From an uncultured Lachnospiraceae bacterium (lineage in GTDB: Bacteria; Bacillota; Clostridia; Lachnospirales; Lachnospiraceae), in contig CAMULB010000001.1 of NCBI GenBank assembly GCA_947089585.1, forward strand, positions 440 to 64,439: a stretch of 64,000 bases of DNA. The letters are read 5' to 3'. The notes under the pieces were generated by a model. The model searched no databases and was not told the DNA's origin. It saw only the letters and a program-made list of their open reading frames with translations. The first letter of the stretch is position 1. Every line of letters starts with the position of its first letter. The position numbers were made by a program, and so were the translations under genes. Of this stretch, positions 1-9,929 are shown in pieces.

Positions 1-976
1 ACTGTTGTGCACTATATTCTTCCGCCACTCGTTCGGCAATCGCTTTTGCCGTCAGACCATTTTTCTCCATCATAAATGAATAATTACCCGCAACCTGATT
101 ACTGTCTTTTGTCCCCAACCGGACTAAACGGGAATGGTTTGGCAGCTCTGATAATGCTTCTGCCAGCAGACTGCCAATTCCGCCAATGATATTGTGCTCC
201 TCCACGGTAAATATAAGCTTATATTTCATACACATCTGGGCTAGCTTAGAAGCATGTACCGGATGGATGGTCGAAAGATTCACTACCCCTGCACTGATCC
301 CCTGCTTTTGAAGCAATCGCGCCGCACGTATGCTTTCATTGACCAGCGTTCCCGTGGCAAAGATAATCATGTCTGTTCCATCCCGCAATACATCGTTGGA
401 AGCAACATCAAACGCATAATCCGTTTTGTAGACGCATGCACTTCCAGGTAATCCCGTCAGCCGCAAATATGCCGGCCCTTTATACTCAGCAAGAAAGGCC
501 AGCGCTTTGGCCATCTCTGTTGTATCGGCAGGTGACAGCAGCAAAAGATTCGGGATTGCCCGCATAATTGCAAGATCCTCCAATGCGTAATGTGTCGCCC
601 CTTGAACACCGAGAGAAAATCCGCTTGAGAGGGCTACCAGCTTCACATTTAGATCCATATAGCATACCAAAGTACGAATTGCTTCATAAACCCTAAGCGA
701 AACAAACGGAGCAAAGGATGTGACAAACACATTGCTGCCCTCCTTCGCGAGGCCGGCCGCCATTGCGATCATATTCTGCTCTGAAATTCCCGCATTATAA
801 TGCTGTTTCGGATGCCGCTGCTTCAATGCTATAAGATTCGCGGAATCGGCTACATCCGCGGCTATGCTGATGAGCTCTGGATGATCATTGGCCAGTTCAT
901 TTAAAATTACGCCATATGCTTTTCTCATTCCCATTCTTGACCACTGCATCAAATTTTGTGCTGAAAAGTCTAACAT
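1..976 (-). CDS. Transketolase C-terminal (pyrimidine-binding) subunit; 3' end lies beyond the window edge
   Basis: The minus-strand frame is open from the ATG at 976 to position 1. My translation starts MLDFSAQNLMQWSRMGMRKAYGVILNELANDHPELISIAADVADSANLIALKQRHPKQHYNAGISEQNMIAMAAGLAKEGSNVFVTSFAPF, typical of the second half of a split transketolase. It starts 2 nt after the stop of the N-subunit gene. Confidence 0.8.
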   Translation of the reverse strand, partial: MLDFSAQNLMQWSRMGMRKAYGVILNELANDHPELISIAADVADSANLIALKQRHPKQHYNAGISEQNMIAMAAGLAKEGSNVFVTSFAPFVSLRVYEAIRTLVCYMDLNVKLVALSSGFSLGVQGATHYALEDLAIMRAIPNLLLLSPADTTEMAKALAFLAEYKGPAYLRLTGLPGSACVYKTDYAFDVASNDVLRDGTDMIIFATGTLVNESIRAARLLQKQGISAGVVNLSTIHPVHASKLAQMCMKYKLIFTVEEHNIIGGIGSLLAEALSELPNHSRLVRLGTKDSNQVAGNYSFMMEKNGLTAKAIAERVAEEYSAQQ

Positions 977-978
977 GT

Positions 979-1812
979 TTATTCCTCCAAAGCCTGCTTG
1001 AATTCAGAGTATTGCTCTTCTGTAATCCGCGCGTGATGCCAGCCCACCTGTCCCTCAATCGAAGAAATTCCTCTTCCTTTGACAGTCTCGGCAATGATTA
1101 CAGAAGGCTTTCCCGCCCCCGCCGCACGTACCGCTTTTTGAATCGCCGTAATGCTATGTCCATCTATCACCGTCACATCCCATCCAAACCCCCGAAACAC
1201 TTGTTCTAACTGACAAATTGGCATTACATCATCGGTGAAACCGTCCAGCTGCTGCCCATTTTTATCAATAATTGCAATCAGGTGATTCAGCTTATATTTT
1301 GCAGCCGCCATCGCAGCCTCCCAAACACAGCCTTCGTTGCACTCTCCATCTCCAAGAAGTACGAATGTTCGATAATCCAAATTTCGATTTTTTGCTGCAA
1401 GCGCTATTCCCACGCCAATTGACAACCCATATCCCAAGCTTCCAGAGGTAATCTCTATCCCTTTCTGGCAGCTTGCTATCTCGTGTGTAGAAAATTGCGA
1501 CCCATTTTTTTCAAAGCTGTCTAAATCATCCTGCGATAAGAACCCGCACTCTTTTAATACTGCATAATGTACAAGAGATACATGTCCCTTACTGAGAATA
1601 AAACGATCCCGATCTGGATTTAGCGAATCCTTCGGATCAAGCTTCATCTCAGACCCATAGAGCGTCGCCAAGATTTCAGCACAGGAAAAGGCTCCGCCGA
1701 TGTGTCCCCCTTCCACGCCTGCATGCAGCGTCATATCAAGAACATGATTTCTAATTTTTAATGCAAGATCTTGAATCTTTTCGATTGATTTTTCCACCTT
1801 ACATGCCTCCAT
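979..1812 (-). CDS. Transketolase N-terminal (TPP-binding) subunit
   Basis: 277-aa ORF with GDGECNEG (TPP/Mg motif) and ILSKGH. It overlaps the upstream SDR gene by 14 nt. Confidence 0.85.
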   Translation of the reverse strand: MEACKVEKSIEKIQDLALKIRNHVLDMTLHAGVEGGHIGGAFSCAEILATLYGSEMKLDPKDSLNPDRDRFILSKGHVSLVHYAVLKECGFLSQDDLDSFEKNGSQFSTHEIASCQKGIEITSGSLGYGLSIGVGIALAAKNRNLDYRTFVLLGDGECNEGCVWEAAMAAAKYKLNHLIAIIDKNGQQLDGFTDDVMPICQLEQVFRGFGWDVTVIDGHSITAIQKAVRAAGAGKPSVIIAETVKGRGISSIEGQVGWHHARITEEQYSEFKQALEE

Positions 1813-2539
1813 CCACTCGAATCACTTGACCTGTCATATAGCTTGCATAATCGCTGGCTAAAAAGGCAATTACATTTGCAATTTCTTTTGGCTTTCCCAT
1901 TCGCTTCATAATCACTCGATTTAAAGTTCTCTCTTTGAGATCCTCTTCTATCTTTGCGCCCATTTCAGTCTCGGTTATACCAGGCGCAACCGCATTCACC
2001 CGTATGTGATATGGAGCAAGTTCATGTGCTAGATGTCTTGTCGCGCCAATGATTGCCGCTTTACTTGAAGCATATTCATATTGTGCCGGCTCACCGTCAA
2101 TCCCTGCTATAGATGCAACATTTACGATAGAGCCCCCATTCTGTCTTACCATCAAGCGTGAAATATATTGCGTCAAAAGTGTGGTTGCAAAGAAATTTGT
2201 TTCAAACAAATGCTTCATTTTATCAATTGCCGTCATCTGAAAAGACGTACTTTCCTCCACGATGCCCGCTAAATTGACCAAAATATCTATACGAATCTTT
2301 TGCTTTCGTATCAATTGCACCGATTGCTTCATCTGGCTCTCATCTGTCAAATCAAAATAGAGTGGCCAAATCGAAACGGAATATTTCTCTGACAATTCCT
2401 TTAGCTCCGCTTCAAAATCTTCATCTTGTTTTCTCGCGCAGGCCCACACATTTGCACCATGAGCAGCAAAAACCTCCACCGCCGCACGGCCAATTCCACG
2501 TCTTGCACCCGTAATGACTGCATTTCTGCTTTTTAGCAT
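1799..2539 (-). CDS. Short-chain dehydrogenase/reductase (FabG-like)
   Basis: TGARRGIGRA (TGxxxGxG) and the YASSK (YxxxK) catalytic motif; 246 aa. Confidence 0.85.
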   Translation of the reverse strand: MLKSRNAVITGARRGIGRAAVEVFAAHGANVWACARKQDEDFEAELKELSEKYSVSIWPLYFDLTDESQMKQSVQLIRKQKIRIDILVNLAGIVEESTSFQMTAIDKMKHLFETNFFATTLLTQYISRLMVRQNGGSIVNVASIAGIDGEPAQYEYASSKAAIIGATRHLAHELAPYHIRVNAVAPGITETEMGAKIEEDLKERTLNRVIMKRMGKPKEIANVIAFLASDYASYMTGQVIRVDGGM

Positions 2540-2555
2540 CCGTTTTCTCCCTCTA

Positions 2556-3800
2556 TCAAATCAGATGGATGGTTCTGGTCAGCAGCGAAGGAAGACAATA
2601 ACCATCCCAAATCAGATCAAAATCCATGGTTTTACCCACTGGTACCACACGGTCAATCCCCTTTACCCCTGCTTGAAGCAGCGGCTGTACAGCTTCACGC
2701 TGCCCAATATAGGCAATGGTCTGACAGCGTTTGTCATCGCATAGCGCCCTGATTTCCAAAATATGATCACAATTATATTCATAAAAATAACCGCTGTTGT
2801 CACGATAGTCCATCAGAAAATCAGTAATCCGGGGAATGCTGACCCGAATAATTCGATTATCCATATACCGTCTGATTTTCACGCCTGACTCTGCAGCTGC
2901 AATCCGATAACCGCTTGTAAGCTTATTCACTCCCTGGATCGCCTGGAAGTTATATTTCTTACGCACTACTCTGTATGCCTCTTCCCAGAACATTTCCTTG
3001 GCTTCTTCAATCGCATTTCCCATCCAGACAATCACACGCGGACTGGTACACGCATTCTGGTCTGTCAAGAATGTATCGTTGTAAAAATCTTCTGCCGTTC
3101 TCGCTTTATCTTCTATCCTCAGATATGAGTCTGCATCAATGACCGCCACAGAATAACGATCCGCAAAAGTAATTTCACCGGAACGGGGCGGAAGCGGTGA
3201 TTTCCGCAGCTCCTCAATAGTTCGATCCCCTCCCCAGACAATTCGTACATCCGCAATCGAAGAAAACAAATCATTCACCGCTTTCTCTCGGCCATAGCGA
3301 ACAAGAAGGACATATGATCGCAGCTCTTCATATTGTTCTAAAGCTTGATAGAATGCCTCCGCAAGAAGATGAACTTGTGCAAACTCCTTGCTGGGCACAC
3401 GAACGATGTTTGCATTCCCACAAAGGAGCCCTGCTGCCAGTGAATATGCAAAGTTCACCGGCACATTGGAAGGAGCAATATGAAACGCGACACCCTTTCC
3501 GAGAGTTACTGCTTCCTCATTATTTTCAAATCGCTCTTTTTGCTTCAAAACAGAGGACTTACGAATCCAAAATGCAAATGTTACAAGATCAGGATAAGCT
3601 CTGACTGCTCGATTTCCCATCAATACTCTGGATACCTGATTGAGAAATTCAATAATCGTATCATGAAACGGAACAATTGCCGGAACATTGGGAAGCTTTG
3701 CGATGAGGTCCTCACTTCCAATTAAATAAGTCACTCGACGCAACACCTCAAGATTGATATTTTTCTGCATATGTGTCACTGCACCCCCTGATCTCAGCAT
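2556..3800 (-). CDS. LuxC-family acyl-CoA/acyl-protein reductase (aldehyde-forming)
   Basis: 414-aa ORF resembling the LuxC family by eye, directly downstream of and overlapping a LuxE-like gene. The alternative start MQKNINL at 3770 is plausible. Confidence 0.65.
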   Translation of the reverse strand: MLRSGGAVTHMQKNINLEVLRRVTYLIGSEDLIAKLPNVPAIVPFHDTIIEFLNQVSRVLMGNRAVRAYPDLVTFAFWIRKSSVLKQKERFENNEEAVTLGKGVAFHIAPSNVPVNFAYSLAAGLLCGNANIVRVPSKEFAQVHLLAEAFYQALEQYEELRSYVLLVRYGREKAVNDLFSSIADVRIVWGGDRTIEELRKSPLPPRSGEITFADRYSVAVIDADSYLRIEDKARTAEDFYNDTFLTDQNACTSPRVIVWMGNAIEEAKEMFWEEAYRVVRKKYNFQAIQGVNKLTSGYRIAAAESGVKIRRYMDNRIIRVSIPRITDFLMDYRDNSGYFYEYNCDHILEIRALCDDKRCQTIAYIGQREAVQPLLQAGVKGIDRVVPVGKTMDFDLIWDGYCLPSLLTRTIHLI

Positions 3801-4842
3801 CCTTTAAGCGGCCATGAATCTTAAAATATTTGCCCTTGCGTCCGCACGGGCAATCATCCTCCCCAAGGATTACCCCCTCATCCTCTGTTAAAAGGCTATG
3901 ACCAGGATAGGATTCTGGAATTGCAGACACCACCTGAATGATCCCGCTTTCTCCAATTGTACATTCTGAAAAATCAATCGGACGGCGTGTTACTACATCA
4001 GAAAAAATACTGGCATGCAGATGTCCATAGGCACATTCCATATAAATACAGCCCGTCTGTTCCACCATTCCATAATAATCATGGATCTTTGTAAGCCCGC
4101 AGACCTCTTTCAGCCTTTGATGAAATACTTCTCGACTTACAGCTTCAGAAATAAGCTTTTTCCATCCACCACCATGAATCATAATCCCATCAGAAAGATC
4201 AAACGTGATTCCTTCTTCCTTTAACCGCATCAGCTCCTGATAAAAGTGCTGCCAAATCATAAACGTGAATCCAAAGAGCAAAATTCTTTGTCCCCGATAG
4301 TTGGCAAGAAATTCTTTTAGCCCTTCCACATCTAACCTCATAGTATCATCAAGCGCATACATTTTCTTAGAAGCAAATATGGAGAAGCCAAGCATTCCAG
4401 CGCCGCGAGCTGAGAACATAGCCCTGTTCTTGACTACGCCTGGACAATCTATGAGAATCATTGGCATACGGCCTGAGCCTGTAAACTCAGATACGATCTT
4501 TACCATTGTCTTTTGTTGATTCGAAGCAGTCGTCCGATCGAGATAAATTCTACTGACTGCCTGGCCGCTCGTTCCAGAAGATGTCATTGTCTTAACAACC
4601 GCTTCTTCTGCAACAGACCGAAGGTCTAGTTCCTTAAACAAACGCACCGGAAGAAATGGCAAGTCTGTATAGCGCTTCACATGCTTCTCATCAAAACCGA
4701 TGCTTTCTAGCATACGCGCATATGCAGGACATTGCCTTCGATGGTGTTCGGTTAGTTCCAATAATCTTTTTGTTAGTAACTCCTCCTTTTCCCTCTTATT
4801 GAGCGAATATGGAGCAATACGCACTATCTCATCAAACGACAT
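3748..4842 (-). CDS. LuxE-family acyl-protein synthetase
   Basis: MSFDEIVRIAPYSL N-terminus and a TSSGTSGQ adenylate-forming motif. The start at 4842 follows a GAGGAGAAG RBS; the track ORF extends to 4875. Confidence 0.7.
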   Translation of the reverse strand: MSFDEIVRIAPYSLNKREKEELLTKRLLELTEHHRRQCPAYARMLESIGFDEKHVKRYTDLPFLPVRLFKELDLRSVAEEAVVKTMTSSGTSGQAVSRIYLDRTTASNQQKTMVKIVSEFTGSGRMPMILIDCPGVVKNRAMFSARGAGMLGFSIFASKKMYALDDTMRLDVEGLKEFLANYRGQRILLFGFTFMIWQHFYQELMRLKEEGITFDLSDGIMIHGGGWKKLISEAVSREVFHQRLKEVCGLTKIHDYYGMVEQTGCIYMECAYGHLHASIFSDVVTRRPIDFSECTIGESGIIQVVSAIPESYPGHSLLTEDEGVILGEDDCPCGRKGKYFKIHGRLKDAEIRGCSDTYAEKYQS

Positions 4843-4853
4843 TCGACTTCTCC

Positions 4854-5552
4854 TCATGATTGCAGCTTTGCACACATAATTTGAGCTATTTCCTGATGAT
4901 GTTCCTGAATAAAGAAATGGTTTCCTTCAAACACATAGTAATCGCACTCGCCGACAAAAAATTTCTTCCACAGCTCCATCTCGCATCTAGGTGTATCTGT
5001 TTGCGAATAAAAAATTGTCGCCGGCACATCCGAAACTAAATTGAGCTCTTCAAATTTGTATTTGCCGATGAGCGAATAATCGGCTCGATACAGCGGTAAA
5101 TACATCCTCCAAAAGCTCTGATTCCCAATCAGCTTATCGGGAACCCCTCCAAATTGAATCGTCTTCTCTTTCACCCACTCATCCAGCTGTTCATCCGAAA
5201 ACTCTGCCAATTCTGCTTTTGAATGCGGCTCGTGGGCAGCCAAAAAAACCTGACAGGGATTTTGTATCTTAGGTTCACGAATGATTTTTTTTAATAACTC
5301 AACGAGGGTGATTGTCCCCATACTGTAGCCAAACAGCGCATATGCTCCACCCTGATACATATCTTTGAAATGCAAAAACAAATCTGTAGATAACGCTTCA
5401 AAATCGTGGTAAAAAGCCTCTCTATGCCTTGTTCCATGTCCGGCATATTCCAATTTTACAAACGCAAAATCCGGCATATCCTTCTCAATCACGTCAAAGA
5501 ACGATGCATTTCCACCGGCATAGCTAAAACAGAACAGCTGTGTCTTACTCAT
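4854..5552 (-). CDS. Type II thioesterase (alpha/beta hydrolase, GrsT-like)
   Basis: GYSMG (GxSxG) nucleophile elbow and a C-terminal GNHFF His; 232 aa. It overlaps the AMP-ligase gene by 8 nt. Confidence 0.8.
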   Translation of the reverse strand: MSKTQLFCFSYAGGNASFFDVIEKDMPDFAFVKLEYAGHGTRHREAFYHDFEALSTDLFLHFKDMYQGGAYALFGYSMGTITLVELLKKIIREPKIQNPCQVFLAAHEPHSKAELAEFSDEQLDEWVKEKTIQFGGVPDKLIGNQSFWRMYLPLYRADYSLIGKYKFEELNLVSDVPATIFYSQTDTPRCEMELWKKFFVGECDYYVFEGNHFFIQEHHQEIAQIMCAKLQS

Positions 5553-6960
5553 AATATTTTATCAAGTCCTTATATAACGTCTTTCCGGCATCATTCTTCG
5601 GAATGTCTTCGATCACAATAACTTTGAATGCAGCAGGATTCAGTCTGGTTTTATTGATCACAAACGTGCGAACAGGCTCTGCAGACTTTTCATCGGTCAC
5701 AAAAATATACATGTGATCATCCACACCTGCACTTGCCGCCTCAATATTGAATGTGCCTTGAATCAGGCGATCCACCTCATCGAGATTCACACGGTTGCCA
5801 TAGATCTTTAGAAAGCGCTTTTTCCGTCCAACAATATAGTAATATCCATCCTCATCAAACTGCGCCATATCGCCCGTTTCAAGAATTCCATGACGTTCAT
5901 CCCCTTTCGCCAGGTCCTCTTTACACTCTGCATAACCGAGCGTAACGTTTTTCCCCTCATAGACAAGCTCCCCCGTCGTATGCGCAACCGTAATCTCATC
6001 TCCGTTCATATCAACCAAATGAAACTTACCTCCGGGAATCACGATTCCCATCGAGCCCTTCTTCTCAACCGCTCTCTCTGGTGGAAGATAGCCCATACGC
6101 GCGGTTGCCTCGCATTGACCATACATCACTACAAATTTTTTTCCGTTTTTTTCGGCATATTTTGCAAATTGTTCATGCAGCTCCGGCAAAAGCTTTCCCC
6201 CTGCCTGCGTCATTGTCCGAAGTGTTGGAAGATTCATGCGGTAAAAACGCAGCCGATCAAGCATCTCATAGGTATAGGGCACTCCGCCGAAGGACGTTGC
6301 TTTTGCTTCCCGAAAAAATTCCCAAAATTCCTTCTCCATCAATGTTCTCTCTGTTACCAGTAATGTAGCGCCAACGAGAAAATGGCTGTTGATGATGGAA
6401 AGACCATAAGTATAATTCATTGGGAGCGTAGTGATCGGCCGCTCTGTGGCATCCAATTCCAGATATGTTACAATAGACTGTGCATTATTCAGCACATTGG
6501 CATAAGACTGACGGACAAATTTCGGCGAACCAGTCGAACCAGAGGTTGTGAGAAGAAGCCCCAGCTCACGATAAAGCGGACAACTCTTTGCATAACCCGT
6601 CTTTAACAAAATATAGTGATATGCTTCATACACTGCTTCCATCCCGGAAAATTGATTCATCTGATCCTTGGGGATCCAAAGATAAGATGGTTCATACGTT
6701 TCCAACAAATTTTCCATCAGGTTTTCTTCCAGATGGCTGTTCAGCAGTACCGGTACAATCGCATGATTGATAAAACTGACATATCCCAATACGGAACCAA
6801 TCTCATTTCGGCAAAGCGAAAATACAAGACACCTTTGTCCAATTTTTTCAGCCAAAATCTGCGCCTCTGAATCCAAAACATCGTAGGTCAGCTGATTGCC
6901 GTGTTCATCCATGAGTGCCGTTGCTTTTCCAAACTGGCCAAATTCCCATATCTTTCCCAT
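5545..6960 (-). CDS. AMP-dependent synthetase/ligase (stand-alone adenylation enzyme)
   Basis: Motifs TSGSTGSPK, YGQCEAT, GDMAQFDEDGYYYIVGRKKRFLKIYGNRV and a C-terminal GK. Its start shares 1 nt with the ACP stop (TAATG). Confidence 0.85.
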   Translation of the reverse strand: MGKIWEFGQFGKATALMDEHGNQLTYDVLDSEAQILAEKIGQRCLVFSLCRNEIGSVLGYVSFINHAIVPVLLNSHLEENLMENLLETYEPSYLWIPKDQMNQFSGMEAVYEAYHYILLKTGYAKSCPLYRELGLLLTTSGSTGSPKFVRQSYANVLNNAQSIVTYLELDATERPITTLPMNYTYGLSIINSHFLVGATLLVTERTLMEKEFWEFFREAKATSFGGVPYTYEMLDRLRFYRMNLPTLRTMTQAGGKLLPELHEQFAKYAEKNGKKFVVMYGQCEATARMGYLPPERAVEKKGSMGIVIPGGKFHLVDMNGDEITVAHTTGELVYEGKNVTLGYAECKEDLAKGDERHGILETGDMAQFDEDGYYYIVGRKKRFLKIYGNRVNLDEVDRLIQGTFNIEAASAGVDDHMYIFVTDEKSAEPVRTFVINKTRLNPAAFKVIVIEDIPKNDAGKTLYKDLIKYYE

Positions 6961-7220
6961 TAAAATTGCACCCCATATTCATCCTTGGACAGAATTTCTT
7001 TGCCGTTTTCGTAGGAACTAAGATCAATCATATCATCCGTATCCATCATAATATCAAACGCGTCCTCTAATTCAGCCACAAGCTGCATATGACCAACGGA
7101 ATCCCATGCTTCGATATCCTGATATTTCAATCCATGGAGCTGATCCGCTCCGATCTCAAAAGCATTCATAAATGCCTGATTATATTTTTCCAAATTGCTC
7201 ATATCACAGTTCTCCTTCAC
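6960..7220 (-). CDS. Acyl carrier protein
   Basis: Approximately 80-aa acidic protein with a WDSVGHMQLV phosphopantetheine Ser motif. The start may be MSNLEKY at 7202. Confidence 0.75.
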   Translation of the reverse strand: MKENCDMSNLEKYNQAFMNAFEIGADQLHGLKYQDIEAWDSVGHMQLVAELEDAFDIMMDTDDMIDLSSYENGKEILSKDEYGVQF

Positions 7221-7869
7221 TTTTCTTCATCTTCGGTAAGGCAATACGCTTGGCAGGATTACCAAATACATGCACTCCGGATTTCAGATGATTCACCACA
7301 ACACTCCCTACGCCAATATGGCATTCATCACCAATTTGAATTCCTGGTATCGTAGATGCATTGCAGCCAAAGAATACATAGTTACCGATCGTGACATGTC
7401 CGTTAATTCCGCAGCTTGCACTAAATGTCGTAAAATCTCCAACCGATGCATCATGGCCAATGGAGGTATTATCAAGAACCGTCACAAAATTACCAATACG
7501 CACATTCACGGTTATTCTTGCATTGGGATATAAGACCAAGCCCTTACCGAACGAATGAAACGCCCCAATCCGGGCATCTGGATGGATGATCGACGTAAAT
7601 TGTGCTCCGCGATTTTCCAGCCTCCTGACCACATACTCCTTTGTTTTAGGTTCTGCAATGGCAAGTGCAAAAACCTGATCTTCCTGCGGAACCCATTCCT
7701 CAATTGTTCCAATAATTTGATAATCACATGTAAATCCATCAAGCGCAGCCCGATTATCATCAATAAATCCAGCGATTTCCCATTCCTGTTTTACTTTTTG
7801 TATATCCTTACACCATTGAAGCAGTTCTCTGCCAAATCCACCGGCGCCAACAATGATCAATTTTTTCAT
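7204..7869 (-). CDS. NeuD/PglD-family sugar N-/O-acyltransferase (left-handed beta-helix)
   Basis: N-terminus MKKLIIVGAGGFGREL followed by hexapeptide repeats (IGxxxxIG...). I chose the start at 7869; the track ORF extends to 7929. Confidence 0.8.
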   Translation of the reverse strand: MKKLIIVGAGGFGRELLQWCKDIQKVKQEWEIAGFIDDNRAALDGFTCDYQIIGTIEEWVPQEDQVFALAIAEPKTKEYVVRRLENRGAQFTSIIHPDARIGAFHSFGKGLVLYPNARITVNVRIGNFVTVLDNTSIGHDASVGDFTTFSASCGINGHVTIGNYVFFGCNASTIPGIQIGDECHIGVGSVVVNHLKSGVHVFGNPAKRIALPKMKKSEGEL

Positions 7870-7931
7870 AATGGCTCTCCTCTCAGCAAATACTTTAACC
7901 GTTTTTCTTTTATAAAACCATTGAAACAAAT

Positions 7932-8570
7932 CTATTGTATCGTTTCATCACTACCCATGAATTCTTCCATTGTTACACTTGAATCAGAACTAATTCCTTC
8001 TCGCTTGAGCACAGTTCTTACTGTATCAAGCAGTATTTTCCAGTCTCCAAGAAATGTGATCTGATCTATATATTTGACATCCCAGTTAAATTTCTCTTCC
8101 CATGAAATCGCATTACGGCCATGAATTTGCGCCAGACCTGTAAATCCTGGCCGCACCTCATGACGCCTTGCCTGATGCTTGTTATATCTCGGCAAATATT
8201 GAACCATCAATGGTCTTGGCCCAACCATACTCATATCGCCGCGAAGAACATTAAACAGTTCCGGTAATTCGTCCAACGAGGTGGCTCGTAATTTTTTTCC
8301 AAATGCAGTTAATCGAATTTCATCTGGAAGTAAATTCCCATTTGCATCTACTTCACTTGTCATAGACCGAAATTTGTAAACTTTAAATATTTTTCCATTC
8401 TTTCCTGGTCTGTCTTGTTTAAAAAGAACGGGCGAGCCAAGCTTCATCCTCACAAGTATTGCTGTAATTAACAGAACCGGACTTAAAAGAACAGATGCCA
8501 GTAACGCACATAAAAAATCCTGTGGACGTTTTATGTATTTTTCATATGGACCGTGAGGTTTGTGGTGCAT
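7932..8570 (-). CDS. Undecaprenyl-phosphate sugar-phosphate transferase (PglC/WbaP C-terminal type)
   Basis: One N-terminal TM helix, then KFRSM...DELPELFNVLRGDMSMVGPRP, the bacterial sugar transferase signature. The start MHHKPHG at 8570 has a GAGAGGA RBS; the track ORF extends to 8612. Confidence 0.85.
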   Translation of the reverse strand: MHHKPHGPYEKYIKRPQDFLCALLASVLLSPVLLITAILVRMKLGSPVLFKQDRPGKNGKIFKVYKFRSMTSEVDANGNLLPDEIRLTAFGKKLRATSLDELPELFNVLRGDMSMVGPRPLMVQYLPRYNKHQARRHEVRPGFTGLAQIHGRNAISWEEKFNWDVKYIDQITFLGDWKILLDTVRTVLKREGISSDSSVTMEEFMGSDETIQ

Positions 8571-8583
8571 AAGCTTATCCTCT

Positions 8584-9876
8584 CTATTCAAAGCATCTAT
8601 GAATGATATCAATTACAACGTCTTGCTGTTCTTCTGTCATCTTATTATCTGAAGGCAGGCACACGCCTCGATGAAAAATATCAGCCCCGACGTCAATGCG
8701 ATTACTTGCAATATAGGCATTGCTCTGAGCCCTTCCATTGCCATTCTTTGTAACAAAAGCGTTCATCTGATAGATTGGCTGCATATGCATCGGTTTCCAA
8801 ATTGGTCGTCCTTCCACATGAAAAAATGTTAAAGCCGCAAGAATTTCTGTCGGACAGGATTTTCCGGATTCTGTTACATATAAGCTTTCTTTTTCCCCAC
8901 GTACCTGCTGACACATCGCATGCGAATCAATCATTAGGCAGCTCAACCAAAAGTTCGGCTCTGACTCTTCACGATATGGATTCATGCGCACAGGCAAATC
9001 CCGCAGCCCTTTTTTATACCGCTCATAAATCGCTTTTTTCTGGGCCTTATGTTCCTTTGCATAGGGCAGCTGGCCACGGACAATTCCTGCAATAATATTG
9101 CTCATCCGATAGTTATATCCAAGCTCTTCATGCTGATACCATGCGGCGTCTTCACGGCTCTGTGTAGACCATTTTCTTGCCTTATTTGCCCATTCAAGCT
9201 CATCGGTCAACAGCATTCCACCAGAACTGCCTGTAATCAATTTATTTCCATTCCAGCTAAAAATACTTACCTCGCCGAAGCATCCTGTCTGTATCCCTTT
9301 ATAAGTTCCGAGAAAGGATTCTGCGGCATCTTCTACAATTAGAGCTCCATGTCGGTCGGCAATTGCTTTTATCTCATCCATCTTTCCTGGTGTTCCATAA
9401 AGATGAGCTACGACAATCAGTCTCACTTCCGGATACAGCTCAAACGCTTTCTCCAGTGCGATCGGATCCATATTCCAGGTATCGTATTCCGTATCAATAA
9501 AAACAGCCTCTCCACCCTCGTAAGCAATTGGATTATCCGTCGCATCAAACGTCATATCACTGGCAAACACTTTTTTTCCTTCCAGTGTCCCATGACCAAC
9601 CTTAGGCTGACCGTACAGCTTCTCACCGACAAGCTTGATCGCAAGATGAAGTGCAGCTGTACCGGAGGACAACGCAACCGCATACTTACGACCAATTAAT
9701 TCCGCCGTCATGCGCTCTATTTCGTCTATATTCCTACCGACCGTAGACACCCAATTCGTCTCAATCGCTTCATTTACCCATTTTTGTTCCTCACCGTGCA
9801 TCGTCGGAGAAGATAACCAAATTTTGGATTCAAAGGGTTCGATCCCCTGAAACCGCGGATCATTTCTGCAATCCAT
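8584..9876 (-). CDS. DegT/DnrJ/EryC1/StrS-family PLP sugar aminotransferase
   Basis: 430 aa with SSGTAALHLA and a WNGNKLITGSSGGML (PLP Lys) region. Confidence 0.85.
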   Translation of the reverse strand: MDCRNDPRFQGIEPFESKIWLSSPTMHGEEQKWVNEAIETNWVSTVGRNIDEIERMTAELIGRKYAVALSSGTAALHLAIKLVGEKLYGQPKVGHGTLEGKKVFASDMTFDATDNPIAYEGGEAVFIDTEYDTWNMDPIALEKAFELYPEVRLIVVAHLYGTPGKMDEIKAIADRHGALIVEDAAESFLGTYKGIQTGCFGEVSIFSWNGNKLITGSSGGMLLTDELEWANKARKWSTQSREDAAWYQHEELGYNYRMSNIIAGIVRGQLPYAKEHKAQKKAIYERYKKGLRDLPVRMNPYREESEPNFWLSCLMIDSHAMCQQVRGEKESLYVTESGKSCPTEILAALTFFHVEGRPIWKPMHMQPIYQMNAFVTKNGNGRAQSNAYIASNRIDVGADIFHRGVCLPSDNKMTEEQQDVVIDIIHRCFE

Positions 9877-9929
9877 TCTATTATTGCTCCCTAATAAAAA
9901 TTTTTGTCTGTCTCAAATACAACCCTGAT

